A stretch of 64,000 bases of DNA from assembly GCA_045542075.1 (NCBI GenBank), contig JAZQKI010000017.1, positions 2,738-66,737 on the forward strand, read 5' to 3'. Positions 36,376 through 45,267 of the stretch are shown in pieces. The first letter of the stretch is position 1, and each line of letters begins with the position of its first letter. The notes under the pieces are model-generated. The model had not been told where the DNA came from, did no database searches, and saw nothing but the letters and a program-made list of their open reading frames with translations. A program made the translations under genes and the position numbers. The stretch is from Eubacteriales bacterium. Lineage in GTDB: Bacteria > Bacillota > Clostridia > Oscillospirales > CAG-272.

Positions 36376-37320
36376 ATGTCGAACGTTCAAAAAGGCAAGA
36401 CTCTCAAAATAATTATAATAAGCTGCTTGACTCTTTTAATTATTCTTGTTCCCGTTATTGTTAATGTCGCCAAAAAAGCGGAAATAAAAAAAGCCAAGCA
36501 AGAGATATTGGATTCTCTCGAAGACTATGGCGATGCTTATGTCAGCTACCTTTCGGATGAACCTTGGTTTGATGCATATATGTTAGAACTTTTACCTACA
36601 CTAAGCGATCAAGAATTTATAGACACTGTGGATGCAATGGTCACAAATCCATATCATAATTATAATGTGGAACGACTTATGACTGATAAAGAAATGGCAG
36701 ACTTGTTGATCCCAAAATTGCTTAAATTAAAAGCACATGAAATTCGGGATTATATTTCATCCTGGGACATTTTCGGATATCATAATCCCTACCTTTTAGA
36801 GGGAATACAAGAAACTCTTTCTGCCGACGGAAAAACATTAGATGAACTCTATGATTTTGTGGAAGACTTTGAGTCACTTCTCAGTTGGAAAGATTCTGAG
36901 TTTTGTGAGTACTACAAATTTACACTTTCATATTCCAAGAAAGATTTTATGGAATATGTGGACCTCTACCAACAGCCTTTTTACAAGGAGCAGGGCCTTG
37001 GCGGATATTACGACGACCAAAAGGATGGCAGCTCCTCTGGATCGTATGTAGGCAACGCAAGTTATTCTAGGTATTATGGTGATTTCTATGAACATACCCA
37101 ACATAGTATTTCATTTGATTCCTACTATAATGTGCAAAACAACATCAACCACAGTCTCTACTTCCGCGGGACAAGAATAGCTTCATCCAAGCATTTAGAT
37201 ATTGACAAGTTCAAATACTATACAGGACAATATTTGATCTATGTTGACGGAAACGATATTTCCATTGTAAAAATCAAAGGAAAAAGCTCGAGTCTTTATG
37301 GCGGAATAGTTTTAGAATAG
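36376..37320 (+). CDS. Membrane-anchored hypothetical protein (314 aa)
   Basis: N-terminal TM (LKIIIISCLTLLIILVPVIV). AT-rich codon usage like its neighbours. No motif recognised. Confidence 0.6.
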   Translation: MSNVQKGKTLKIIIISCLTLLIILVPVIVNVAKKAEIKKAKQEILDSLEDYGDAYVSYLSDEPWFDAYMLELLPTLSDQEFIDTVDAMVTNPYHNYNVERLMTDKEMADLLIPKLLKLKAHEIRDYISSWDIFGYHNPYLLEGIQETLSADGKTLDELYDFVEDFESLLSWKDSEFCEYYKFTLSYSKKDFMEYVDLYQQPFYKEQGLGGYYDDQKDGSSSGSYVGNASYSRYYGDFYEHTQHSISFDSYYNVQNNINHSLYFRGTRIASSKHLDIDKFKYYTGQYLIYVDGNDISIVKIKGKSSSLYGGIVLE

Positions 37321-37432
37321 ATTATCCTCAAGGTCTTGTTACTAGAGGCGGATTGTTCCGCCTCCTTTTTTATTGACAACCCAAATTTATTCTGCTATAA
37401 TTGTTATTAGAAAAAACAATCGGAGGTACTGT

Positions 37433-38050
37433 ATGAAGGTCTTAATAATAAACGGAAGCCCAAAGGCAAGCGGCAACACGGCACACGCGCTTGCGGAAAT
37501 GATAAAGGTATTTGAGGAATACGGCGTAGAGATCGAATATCTGCACGTCGGCAACAAGGAAATTCGCGGTTGCGTTGGCTGCGGCACCTGCTACAAGGCG
37601 GGCAAATGCTTTATGGACGACATAGTTAATCAAGCGGCAAAAACCCTTGAGGAGTGCGACGGTATGGTAGTAGGCAGCCCCGTTTATTACGCGGCGGCAA
37701 ACGGCACACTCGTAAGCTTTCTCAACAGACTGTTCTACAGTACCCGCTTTGACAAGAGAATGAAGGTGGGCGCGTCCGTCGCAGTAGCCCGCAGAGGCGG
37801 CTGCTCGGCAACCTTTGACCAGCTCAACAAGTATTTCACCATTTCGGGTATGCCCGTGGCATCCTCGCAGTATTGGAACAGCGTTCACGGAGCGAAGCCG
37901 GGCGAGGTCGAGGGCGACGAGGAGGGACTCCAGACTATGCGCACTCTCGCGCACAATATGGTCTTCCTTATGAGAAGCATCGAGCTTGGCCGCGAGAAGT
38001 ACGGTCTGCCCGAAAAGGAAAAGCCCGCAAGAACTAATTTTATCAGATAA
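37433..38050 (+). CDS. NADPH-dependent FMN reductase / iron-sulfur flavoprotein-like
   Basis: MKVLIINGSPKASGNT flavodoxin-like start and an RGCVGCGTCYKAGKC cysteine cluster. Own promoter TTGACA-17-TATAAT at 37373-37401. Confidence 0.8.
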   Translation: MKVLIINGSPKASGNTAHALAEMIKVFEEYGVEIEYLHVGNKEIRGCVGCGTCYKAGKCFMDDIVNQAAKTLEECDGMVVGSPVYYAAANGTLVSFLNRLFYSTRFDKRMKVGASVAVARRGGCSATFDQLNKYFTISGMPVASSQYWNSVHGAKPGEVEGDEEGLQTMRTLAHNMVFLMRSIELGREKYGLPEKEKPARTNFIR

Positions 38051-38085
38051 AACTCGAGGACCTTGTCCGCAAAAGGTAAGAAAAA

Positions 38086-39291
38086 ATGGGATACAATAAA
38101 AAAACCTACGAGCTTGGCAGTAAGCGCTCGGTAATACGCGAAATTTTCGAATACAGCAAAAAAAGAGGCGCGGAGATAGGGCGCGAGAACGTCTTTGATT
38201 TCAGTCTCGGCAACCCAAGCATACCCGCACCCGCACAGGTCAACGACACCATCCGAGAGCTGCTCTTGACAGAGGACTCTGTAGTCTTGCACGGATACAC
38301 CTCCGCGCAGGGCGACGCAAACACGCGTAAGGCTGTCGCGGACAGCATAGGTCGCAGATTCGGTATAAAGAGCATAACTCCCGACCACATTTATATGACC
38401 TGCGGTGCGGCAGCTTCCCTCTCAATTTGTCTCAAGGCAATAGTTGAGGATAATTACGACGAGTGCATAGTCTTTGCTCCCTTCTTTACGGAATACCGAG
38501 TATTTGTTGAGAACGCGGGCGCAAAAATGATTATAAGTCAGCCCGAGAAAAAGTCATTTCAGATCGACGTGGCGGATTTTGAAAGCAGAATAACCCCGAA
38601 CACCAAGGCAGTAATAGTCAACTCCCCCAACAACCCCAGCGGAGTTGTTTACTCCGAGCAGACTATTATCTCGCTTTGCGATATTCTCCGCAAAAAGTCC
38701 GAGGAATACGGTCACGTCATCTACCTTATCGCCGACGAGCCCTACAGAGAGCTTGTATATTCGGGCGTTGAGGTTCCGTATCTGATGAACTACTATAAAA
38801 ATACGATGGTCTGCTACTCGTTCTCAAAGTCTCTCTCCCTGCCGGGCGAGAGAATAGGTTATATCGCGGTTTGTCCCGATATGGATGAGTGTGAGAGCAT
38901 CTATCTGTCGATCTGCGGCGCGGGCCGCTCTCTCGGATACGTGTGCGCGCCGAGTCTGTTTCAGCAGGTCATAGCGCGCTGCATCGACTCCAGGGCGAAT
39001 ATTGAGATCTACCGCGAAAACAGAGATCTGTTGTATGAAAATCTGACAAGCTACGGCTATGAGTGTGTCAAGCCCGACGGTGCGTTCTATCTTTTCGTCA
39101 AGGCGCTTGAGCAGGACGCATATAAATTCGCCGAAAGAGCAAGGGCGCACGAGATACTCGTCGTTCCCTGCGACGATTTCGGTGTTGAGGGATATATCAG
39201 AATAGCATACTGCACGGATAGATCAACAGTCCTCGGCGCACTCCCCGCGTTTGAGGCATTAGCGCAGGAATATAAGATCAAGAGGAAATAA
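38086..39291 (+). CDS. Class I/II PLP-dependent aminotransferase (aspartate aminotransferase-like)
   Basis: NSPNNPSG and YSFSKSLSLPGERIGY (PLP lysine) motifs; 401 aa. Confidence 0.88.
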   Translation: MGYNKKTYELGSKRSVIREIFEYSKKRGAEIGRENVFDFSLGNPSIPAPAQVNDTIRELLLTEDSVVLHGYTSAQGDANTRKAVADSIGRRFGIKSITPDHIYMTCGAAASLSICLKAIVEDNYDECIVFAPFFTEYRVFVENAGAKMIISQPEKKSFQIDVADFESRITPNTKAVIVNSPNNPSGVVYSEQTIISLCDILRKKSEEYGHVIYLIADEPYRELVYSGVEVPYLMNYYKNTMVCYSFSKSLSLPGERIGYIAVCPDMDECESIYLSICGAGRSLGYVCAPSLFQQVIARCIDSRANIEIYRENRDLLYENLTSYGYECVKPDGAFYLFVKALEQDAYKFAERARAHEILVVPCDDFGVEGYIRIAYCTDRSTVLGALPAFEALAQEYKIKRK

Positions 39292-39292
39292 A

Positions 39293-40300
39293 ATGAAAAA
39301 GGTTTGTATTATCTACACCGGCGGCACCATAGGAATGACAAGAACCCCAAAGGGCTATGCGCCCAGCGTGGGATTTCTTGAGAAAAAGCTTAACGAAACC
39401 GACGAATTTCACCACGACAGCCTCCCCGCATGGGATATCGTGGAAATGTCCCCCCTGCTCGACTCGTCAAATATGACCGTACGCGAGTGGAACAGGATCG
39501 CCGAGGAGATAGAGAAAAGATACGACGACTATTGTGGCTTTGTTGTGCTTCACGGCACCGACACTATGGCTTATACCGCGTCAGCTTTGTCGTTTATGCT
39601 TGAAAATCTCAATAAGCCCGTCATTCTCACAGGCTCGCAGATACCCCTTTGCGAAATAAGAAGCGACGGACGAGACAACCTCACCGAAGCGCTCATAATC
39701 GCATCCGACGGCAAGGCAAACGAGGTCTGCCTGTACTTTGGCGGCAAGCTTTTGCGCGGAAACAGAGCAACAAAATATTCGGCAGACGGACTTGAGGCGT
39801 TCAAATCTCCCAACTGCCTGTATCTTGCCGAGGCGGGCATAAATATAAAATACAGCGACGAGCTGCTCCGTCCGACCTCCATGGGAGAACTTTGCGTGCA
39901 TAAGCTGCAGCCCATCCCTATTGGAGTTATCAAAATATTCCCCGGCATACAGTTTGAGCTTTTTGAGCCTATTATGACGGACAAGCTTCGCGGTATCGTT
40001 ATCGAGACCTTCGGCGCGGGCAACCTCCCCGGCGGCGGCAACGAGCTTTTGCCGATAATCAAAAAGGCTATCGCAAACGGCACGGTGATCACCGTCTGTA
40101 CGCAATGTCCGAGCGGCAGAGTGACTCTCGGCGCATACGAGACCAGTATGATGCTCAAGGACGCGGGCGCAGTCTGCGGATATGACCTCACCACCGAGGC
40201 GGCGGTCGCAAAGCTGTATTATCTGTTCAGCAGAGGGTATGATAACGCCCAAATAAAGACACTTATGGAAACCAATATTTGCGGCGAATTGAGTAATTAA
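39293..40300 (+). CDS. ansA: L-asparaginase, type I (cytoplasmic)
   Basis: IIYTGGTIGM and HGTDTMAYTASALSF motifs; 335 aa. Confidence 0.9.
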   Translation: MKKVCIIYTGGTIGMTRTPKGYAPSVGFLEKKLNETDEFHHDSLPAWDIVEMSPLLDSSNMTVREWNRIAEEIEKRYDDYCGFVVLHGTDTMAYTASALSFMLENLNKPVILTGSQIPLCEIRSDGRDNLTEALIIASDGKANEVCLYFGGKLLRGNRATKYSADGLEAFKSPNCLYLAEAGINIKYSDELLRPTSMGELCVHKLQPIPIGVIKIFPGIQFELFEPIMTDKLRGIVIETFGAGNLPGGGNELLPIIKKAIANGTVITVCTQCPSGRVTLGAYETSMMLKDAGAVCGYDLTTEAAVAKLYYLFSRGYDNAQIKTLMETNICGELSN

Positions 40301-40330
40301 AAATTTTTTTGATTTTTTTGAAAAAAAGGC

Positions 40331-40359
40331 TTGACTTTTCGGGATGACTATGATATAAT
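40331..40359 (+). promoter_or_regulatory. Promoter of tRNA-Glu (TTGACT-17-TATAAT, TG-extended)
   Basis: TTGACTtttcgggatgactaTGaTATAAT. Confidence 0.7.
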
Positions 40360-40376
40360 AGCCAAGTACCAAGCGT

Positions 40377-40451
40377 GGCCCATTGGTCAAGCGGTCAAGA
40401 CGCTAGCCTCTCACGCTGGAAACTCGGGTTCGATTCCCGGATGGGTCACCA
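40377..40451 (+). tRNA. tRNA-Glu (anticodon CTC)
   Basis: GGCCCAT/ATGGGTC acceptor; GGTCAAGCGGTCAAGAC D region; anticodon stem CTAGC/GCTGG with loop CCTCTCAC region (CTC at 34-36); T-arm CGGG-TTCGATT-CCCG; ACCA tail. Closely resembles my recollection of Bacillus tRNA-Glu. Confidence 0.9.
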
Positions 40452-40457
40452 AAAAAA

Positions 40458-40492
40458 TAAAGGAGATGCACCTGCATCTCCTTTATTTTTTT
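40458..40492 (+). terminator. Intrinsic terminator after tRNA-Glu
   Basis: taaaggagatgca-cc-tgcatctccttta followed by TTTTTTT. Confidence 0.8.
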
Positions 40493-40493
40493 G

Positions 40494-40810
40494 CTCGCCC
40501 TTCCGGGCGCGAGAAGGCGGACAACTCAAATTTGCTCGCAAATTTGAGTTGGGGGTTCAGATTCCCGGCTTTAGGCTTTCGATTACTACTCTTTTCTCGT
40601 AGAATCGGAACGATAACTCGACGCAGTCGAGTTGAAAGTTCTGATTCATACGCAAAGCATAGCTTTGCTGCCCGCTTTTTGCTTCGCAAAATAGCGCCAA
40701 AATTTTTGAGGGTTCGATGCCCTCAAAAATTTTCTCAGAAGACATCCTTGACCACCTTGATGGTGGTCTGTTCTTTTTTTGCGGACTCCGTCCGAGGAAT
40801 CGGACAACAA
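40494..40810 (+). other. Non-coding run of ~10 unrelated, mostly perfect hairpins, ending in a second terminator-like hairpin
   Basis: Examples: caactcaaatttgc-tc-gcaaatttgagttg (40522-40551), aactcgac-gca-gtcgagtt (40615-40633), gcaaagc-ata-gctttgc (40652-40668), aaaatttttgaggg-ttcgatg-ccctcaaaaatttt (40698-40732, T-arm-like apex), and gaccacc-ttgat-ggtggtc followed by T-rich sequence (40750-40780). Confidence 0.5.
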
Positions 40811-40912
40811 TATATAGCCCATATAATTTTATAAAAAATTTATTGCGTAACTCTAAGTTTTATGATATACTGATTTTAATAAACACAATTTTGTCAAATT
40901 GGAGCTGAAAAT

Positions 40913-43900
40913 ATGAAAAAGCACTTCTTGCCAATACTTTTACTTGTCACATTGATATGCGCGGCCTTACTGTTTGTCGCTTGTGATAACAACGACACAC
41001 CCAAAGAACCTGAACAAACTAAAGAGCCACAAGTAACACAACCCACAGAAACCCCTACCGGATTTCAACCCACGGAAACTCCCACCGAGCCTCTGCCTAC
41101 AGAGAAGCCCACTGAATCTCAGCCTACCGAAAGACCTACTGAGAATCCTACGGAAGCTCCCACCGTCTCCCAACCCACGGAGAATCCAACCGAAAATCCT
41201 ACGGAGAATCCCACTGAAAAGCCCACCGAAAAGCCCACCGAAAAACCCCAGGGCTGCAATCACGTCGAAGTAATTGATCCTGCGGTTGCTCCCACCTGTG
41301 AGAAAGAGGGCTTGACCGAGGGCAAGCACTGTTCCTTGTGCGGAGAGGTTTTGGTTGCTCAAACAACCGTAGACAAGGCTCCCCACGCAATAACCGAAGT
41401 TGTGGAAAAACAGCCGACCTGTACCGAGGACGGCCACAACGCCTATGAGTATTGCGCAAACTGTGATTATACCACTATTGTAGTCTTCCCTGCCGCACAT
41501 AGCATTGAATACGTAGACGAGAAAGCCGCTACCTGCACCGAGGACGGCCATAATGCGTATGAGTACTGCACAAATTGTGATTACACCACCATTGAGATAA
41601 TTCCCGCGACCCATAATCTTGAATATGTCGACGAGAAAGCCGCTACCTGCACCGAGGACGGCCACAACGCCTACGAGTATTGCACAAACTGCGATTATAC
41701 CACTATTGTGGTTTTTCCCGCCTCCCATAACCTTGAATATGTCGACGAAAAAGCCGCTACTTGTACAGAGGAAGGATATTACGCGTACGAATATTGCAGG
41801 AATTGCGATTATACTACGATTGACATAATTCCCACGATCGACCATTCATACGACACAGTTACAGTCACAGATCCCACCTGTACCGAGCAGGGATATACTA
41901 CACACACCTGTGTTTGCGGAGATTTTTATATAGATAGCTATGTTGATGCATCCCACAAATACGGCGATTGGTATCAGCTTTCCGCCCCCACCTGTGCGGA
42001 CGCGGGAGTTGAGCGTAGAGCTTGTTCCGTGTGTGGAGACTTTGAGGAAAGCTATACAGACTCAACACCCCACTTCTTTGTGGAATACAGATGTGAAAAT
42101 TGCGGATGTACGGACGAGGGCTATTTCACCTTTACTCTGCTTTCCGACGGGACCTACTCTATAGCGGCAACAAAGCCAAGCCAACTTCCCGAGGCAGTAT
42201 ATATTCCAAGTCGATACAACGGCAAGGCAGTCACCGTTATAGATTCATTTGCGTTTGTAAGCGATCCGACGGTTATAAAGAATGTTTATATTCCTAAAAG
42301 CATTACCTCCATCGCCGATTACGCATTTTATGAGTGCGGATCGCTGGAGAGTGTGATAATAGGGGAAGGCAGCCAGCTTGTATCGATAGGCTACCGTGTA
42401 TTTGAGCGCTGTAACTTGCTTGAGAATGTAAATTTCAGCGACTGCAAAAAGCTTACCTCTATTGGCGGATTTGCATTTTACGGTTGCAAGTCAATTACAA
42501 GCATCAATATTCCCGAAAGCGTTGAAACTATCTGGTCATATGCATTTGGCGATTGTTCATCTGTAACAAGTATTTACATACCTAAGAACACAACATTTAT
42601 AGAAAGAGGCGCGTTCGCAGGATGTAGCACGTCACTTGAGACCATCGCCGTTGCGGATGGTAACCAAAATTATTATGTTAAAGGCAACTGCTTGATTGAA
42701 GCAAGCAGTAAAACTCTCATTTTAGGCTGTAATACAAGTGTCATTCCTCAAAATGACGGTATAATCGCTATAAGCTTGATGGCATTCTACGACTGCAAAT
42801 TTATAACAAGCCTCACCATTCCCGATAGCGTGGTGTCCTTTGATGGCAGAACGTTTGCAAATTGCACGTCGCTCGAATCTATTATAATCGGAGAAAATTC
42901 TCAGCTAAGTGAAATAGCCTCGGACGCATTCTCCGGTTGCTCATCTCTTGTGAATATAACACTTCCCTCCAAAGTCAGCTCAATTGGTAGCAACGCCTTC
43001 TCAAATTGCTCGTCACTTAAGAGCATTCACATACCCGCCAATGTCACACATATTTATTTTGATGCGTTTAATGGATGCACGTCTCTTGAGACTGTGACCT
43101 TTGCAAAGGGTAGCAAGCTTGAATATCTCGACCGCGGCGTGTTTGCGTTTTGCAGCTCGCTCAAAAGCATTATTATTCCTGACGGGCTTACCGCTATAGG
43201 AGATATCAACTCCTCTACTGGCCACGGAACCTTTTACGGTTGTTCATCGCTGACGAGTGTTATCATTCCGAACAGTGTTGTCCTCATCGACCGTAGTACT
43301 TTTTCAGGCTGTTCGTCGTTTACAGATATCACTCTCCCGAGCAAACTCATTGAAATCCATTACGAGGCGTTCAAGGATTGCTCATCGCTTAAAAGCATTA
43401 TTATTCCCGACGGAGTCACTTCCATTAGCAGCTACACCTTCCAAGGTTGCACCTCACTTGAGTATGTGACGTTTGGCGAATACAGCAAGCTTGAAAAGCT
43501 CTGGGTTGGAGCATTCTGGGGATGCTCTGCACTCAAGGAAATCTATCTCCCAAGCAGCTTGACAGAAATATGCGATTGGGCGTTTGCTGATTGCACGTTG
43601 CTCAAAACCGTGACGTTCCCCGAAAACAGCCACTTGACTACCATCGGCAGCCGCGCGTTTTATTGCTGTTCCTCGCTCACTGACGTCACTATTCCCAAGA
43701 ACGTGACCACTATTGGAGAATACGCGTTTTCAAACTGCTCTGCCCTTGAGAGCATCAATATTCCAATTAGCGTTAAATACATGGGCGTTGGAGCACTCTT
43801 ATTGAGCAACACAAATCTTACAATATACTGTGAGGCAGAGAGCCTTCCCGACGGTTGGGATCCGTCTTGGGTCAATGTTGATACCACTGTAATCTGGAAC

Positions 43901-43921
43901 TGCGCTTCTGTCGCTGACTGA
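40913..43921 (+). CDS. Large surface lipoprotein: P/T/E-rich linker, Cys-rich repeat modules, BspA-type leucine-rich repeats
   Basis: Lipobox LLFVAC; PTE(N/K)PTE linker (aa 26-112); four 38-aa repeats EKAATCTEDGHNAYEYCTNCDYTTI..; then ~25 LRR_5-like units (..F..C.SL.SI.IP.SVT.I...AF..C..). Confidence 0.85.
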   Translation: MKKHFLPILLLVTLICAALLFVACDNNDTPKEPEQTKEPQVTQPTETPTGFQPTETPTEPLPTEKPTESQPTERPTENPTEAPTVSQPTENPTENPTENPTEKPTEKPTEKPQGCNHVEVIDPAVAPTCEKEGLTEGKHCSLCGEVLVAQTTVDKAPHAITEVVEKQPTCTEDGHNAYEYCANCDYTTIVVFPAAHSIEYVDEKAATCTEDGHNAYEYCTNCDYTTIEIIPATHNLEYVDEKAATCTEDGHNAYEYCTNCDYTTIVVFPASHNLEYVDEKAATCTEEGYYAYEYCRNCDYTTIDIIPTIDHSYDTVTVTDPTCTEQGYTTHTCVCGDFYIDSYVDASHKYGDWYQLSAPTCADAGVERRACSVCGDFEESYTDSTPHFFVEYRCENCGCTDEGYFTFTLLSDGTYSIAATKPSQLPEAVYIPSRYNGKAVTVIDSFAFVSDPTVIKNVYIPKSITSIADYAFYECGSLESVIIGEGSQLVSIGYRVFERCNLLENVNFSDCKKLTSIGGFAFYGCKSITSINIPESVETIWSYAFGDCSSVTSIYIPKNTTFIERGAFAGCSTSLETIAVADGNQNYYVKGNCLIEASSKTLILGCNTSVIPQNDGIIAISLMAFYDCKFITSLTIPDSVVSFDGRTFANCTSLESIIIGENSQLSEIASDAFSGCSSLVNITLPSKVSSIGSNAFSNCSSLKSIHIPANVTHIYFDAFNGCTSLETVTFAKGSKLEYLDRGVFAFCSSLKSIIIPDGLTAIGDINSSTGHGTFYGCSSLTSVIIPNSVVLIDRSTFSGCSSFTDITLPSKLIEIHYEAFKDCSSLKSIIIPDGVTSISSYTFQGCTSLEYVTFGEYSKLEKLWVGAFWGCSALKEIYLPSSLTEICDWAFADCTLLKTVTFPENSHLTTIGSRAFYCCSSLTDVTIPKNVTTIGEYAFSNCSALESINIPISVKYMGVGALLLSNTNLTIYCEAESLPDGWDPSWVNVDTTVIWNCASVAD
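41405..41843 (+). repeat. Tandem ~114-bp coding repeats (4 copies) inside the LRR lipoprotein gene
   Basis: Near-identical DNA blocks gagaaagccgctacctgcaccgaggacggccacaacgcctacgagta.. recur at ~41519, ~41633 and ~41747. Confidence 0.8.
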
Positions 43922-43957
43922 CGCATAGACAGCTTTGCAAAAGCATTTAATCATTAC

Positions 43958-43986
43958 AAAAAAAGAGGGGATATCCCCTCTTTTTC
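43958..43986. terminator. Bidirectional terminator between convergent genes
   Basis: aaaaagagggg-atat-cccctcttttt. Confidence 0.8.
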
Positions 43987-43988
43987 TT

Positions 43989-44705
43989 TTAATTATTTAC
44001 ATTTCTCACGTACTCAACAAGTGCGGAAAAATCTCCGTGCGGATATATAGAAATGTCAGCTCCCTGCTTGTTTATAAGGTCGCGGGGCAAAAGAAACACC
44101 TTCATGCCGAGCTGATCGGCTATCATATCCTCGTCAACGTCGTTGCCAACCATAAGGCACTCCTCCGCAGAGACACCAAGCTCATTGAGAATATCTCTGT
44201 AATAGTCAAGGTTAGGCTTGCAGTGGCGTGAGTTATCATAGGTCGTCACAAGCTCGAAGTCCTCTCTGTCAAGCCCCGCCCACCTGATACGGCTCATAGT
44301 CGCCGAGGAAGGAAACAGCGGGTTTGTCGCAAGCGCCACCTTGAACCCCATATCCTTTATCTGTTTTATAACCTTTGCGGCGTCGGGATCATATCCGCAG
44401 GACTCTCTGACCTCGCGATCAAAGTCCTGCTCGTAAAACTCGTCAAACAAATACTGCTCGGTATCCGTCCGCTCGCCGTAATAAATCCTGAAGGTATCAA
44501 AAAACACTTCTTTATTCAGCTTTTCGCCGTTATTTTGTATCATCGCACCCGTGCCATGCCAGATCGCGCCTATAAGCTCTTGGGGCTCATAACCGTGAGG
44601 CGCGAGCTTTTTTGCAAGCGCTCCAAAATACGTCTTTATAAACTTATCCTGATCCATTGGCAGAAGTGTGCCGTCAAGATCAAAAAGAATCGTGGTTGTC
44701 CTCAT
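43989..44705 (-). CDS. HAD-superfamily hydrolase
   Basis: Motif I LFDLDGTLL; later ATNP.. and GNDVDED motifs. Confidence 0.85.
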   Translation of the reverse strand: MRTTTILFDLDGTLLPMDQDKFIKTYFGALAKKLAPHGYEPQELIGAIWHGTGAMIQNNGEKLNKEVFFDTFRIYYGERTDTEQYLFDEFYEQDFDREVRESCGYDPDAAKVIKQIKDMGFKVALATNPLFPSSATMSRIRWAGLDREDFELVTTYDNSRHCKPNLDYYRDILNELGVSAEECLMVGNDVDEDMIADQLGMKVFLLPRDLINKQGADISIYPHGDFSALVEYVRNVNN

Positions 44706-44710
44706 TCTGA

Positions 44711-45163
44711 TCAGTTCTCCCCGTCATAATTATCGCATATTCTCTGGAGATTTTCCGAAATTATAGCGAGGGTTTTGTAAAACACGTCTCTTTCCCCGTC
44801 TGATACACCAACACTTGTCTCCTCAAGGATCTTGGATACCTTGAAGCAAATAACCTCCGCTGTTTGATGTCCCTTTTCGGTCAATTTGAGAGGCGCCTTG
44901 TATCTTTTCGCGTTTTTGGGACGAGGGTTGATAAACCCGTTTTCTTCAAGATATTCTACGCAACGGGAGACGTTTGCCTTGTCCTCGTCGCACACCTCGC
45001 AGAGCTGTTTTGCGGTCATTCCACCGTCTCTGTGCAAATAATAAAGGCAGGAGATGTGAATGCTTTTAAGATCAAACTCCGACATCTCCTCTATCTTTAT
45101 TCTTTTTATATTTCTGTTGATATTGGTTATGAGAGTCGTAAATAAATGGTACCTTTCTTGCAT
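44711..45163 (-). CDS. MarR family transcriptional regulator
   Basis: Start at the ATG 45163. Winged-HTH region LYYLHRDGGMTAKQLCEVCDEDKANVSRCVEYLEENGF. Promoter TTGACA-17-TATAAT on the minus strand at ~45196-45224. Confidence 0.85.
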   Translation of the reverse strand: MQERYHLFTTLITNINRNIKRIKIEEMSEFDLKSIHISCLYYLHRDGGMTAKQLCEVCDEDKANVSRCVEYLEENGFINPRPKNAKRYKAPLKLTEKGHQTAEVICFKVSKILEETSVGVSDGERDVFYKTLAIISENLQRICDNYDGEN

Positions 45164-45267
45164 GGTTTTTTCCTTTTTATGAATTTTGTTGTAAGCACAA
45201 CTAATTATATCACACTGATTTTGTGTTGTCAACAAGTCTCTTTGTATTGCTCGCCAATTTCCCGGGA

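Noticed and set aside
40331-40834. 167-aa ORF and overlapping ORFs across tRNA-Glu and the hairpin cluster
   Set aside because: The ORF contains the whole tRNA-Glu gene and its terminator, has no RBS, and every frame is open only because of hairpin symmetry.
40967-41845. 292-aa minus-strand ORF, and the idea that the regular PTE / Cys-module repeats might be a CRISPR-like array
   Set aside because: The repeats are in-frame coding repeats of the LRR lipoprotein (a continuous 1002-aa ORF with lipobox). The units are 12-21 bp or 114 bp with no unique spacers, and no cas genes are present.
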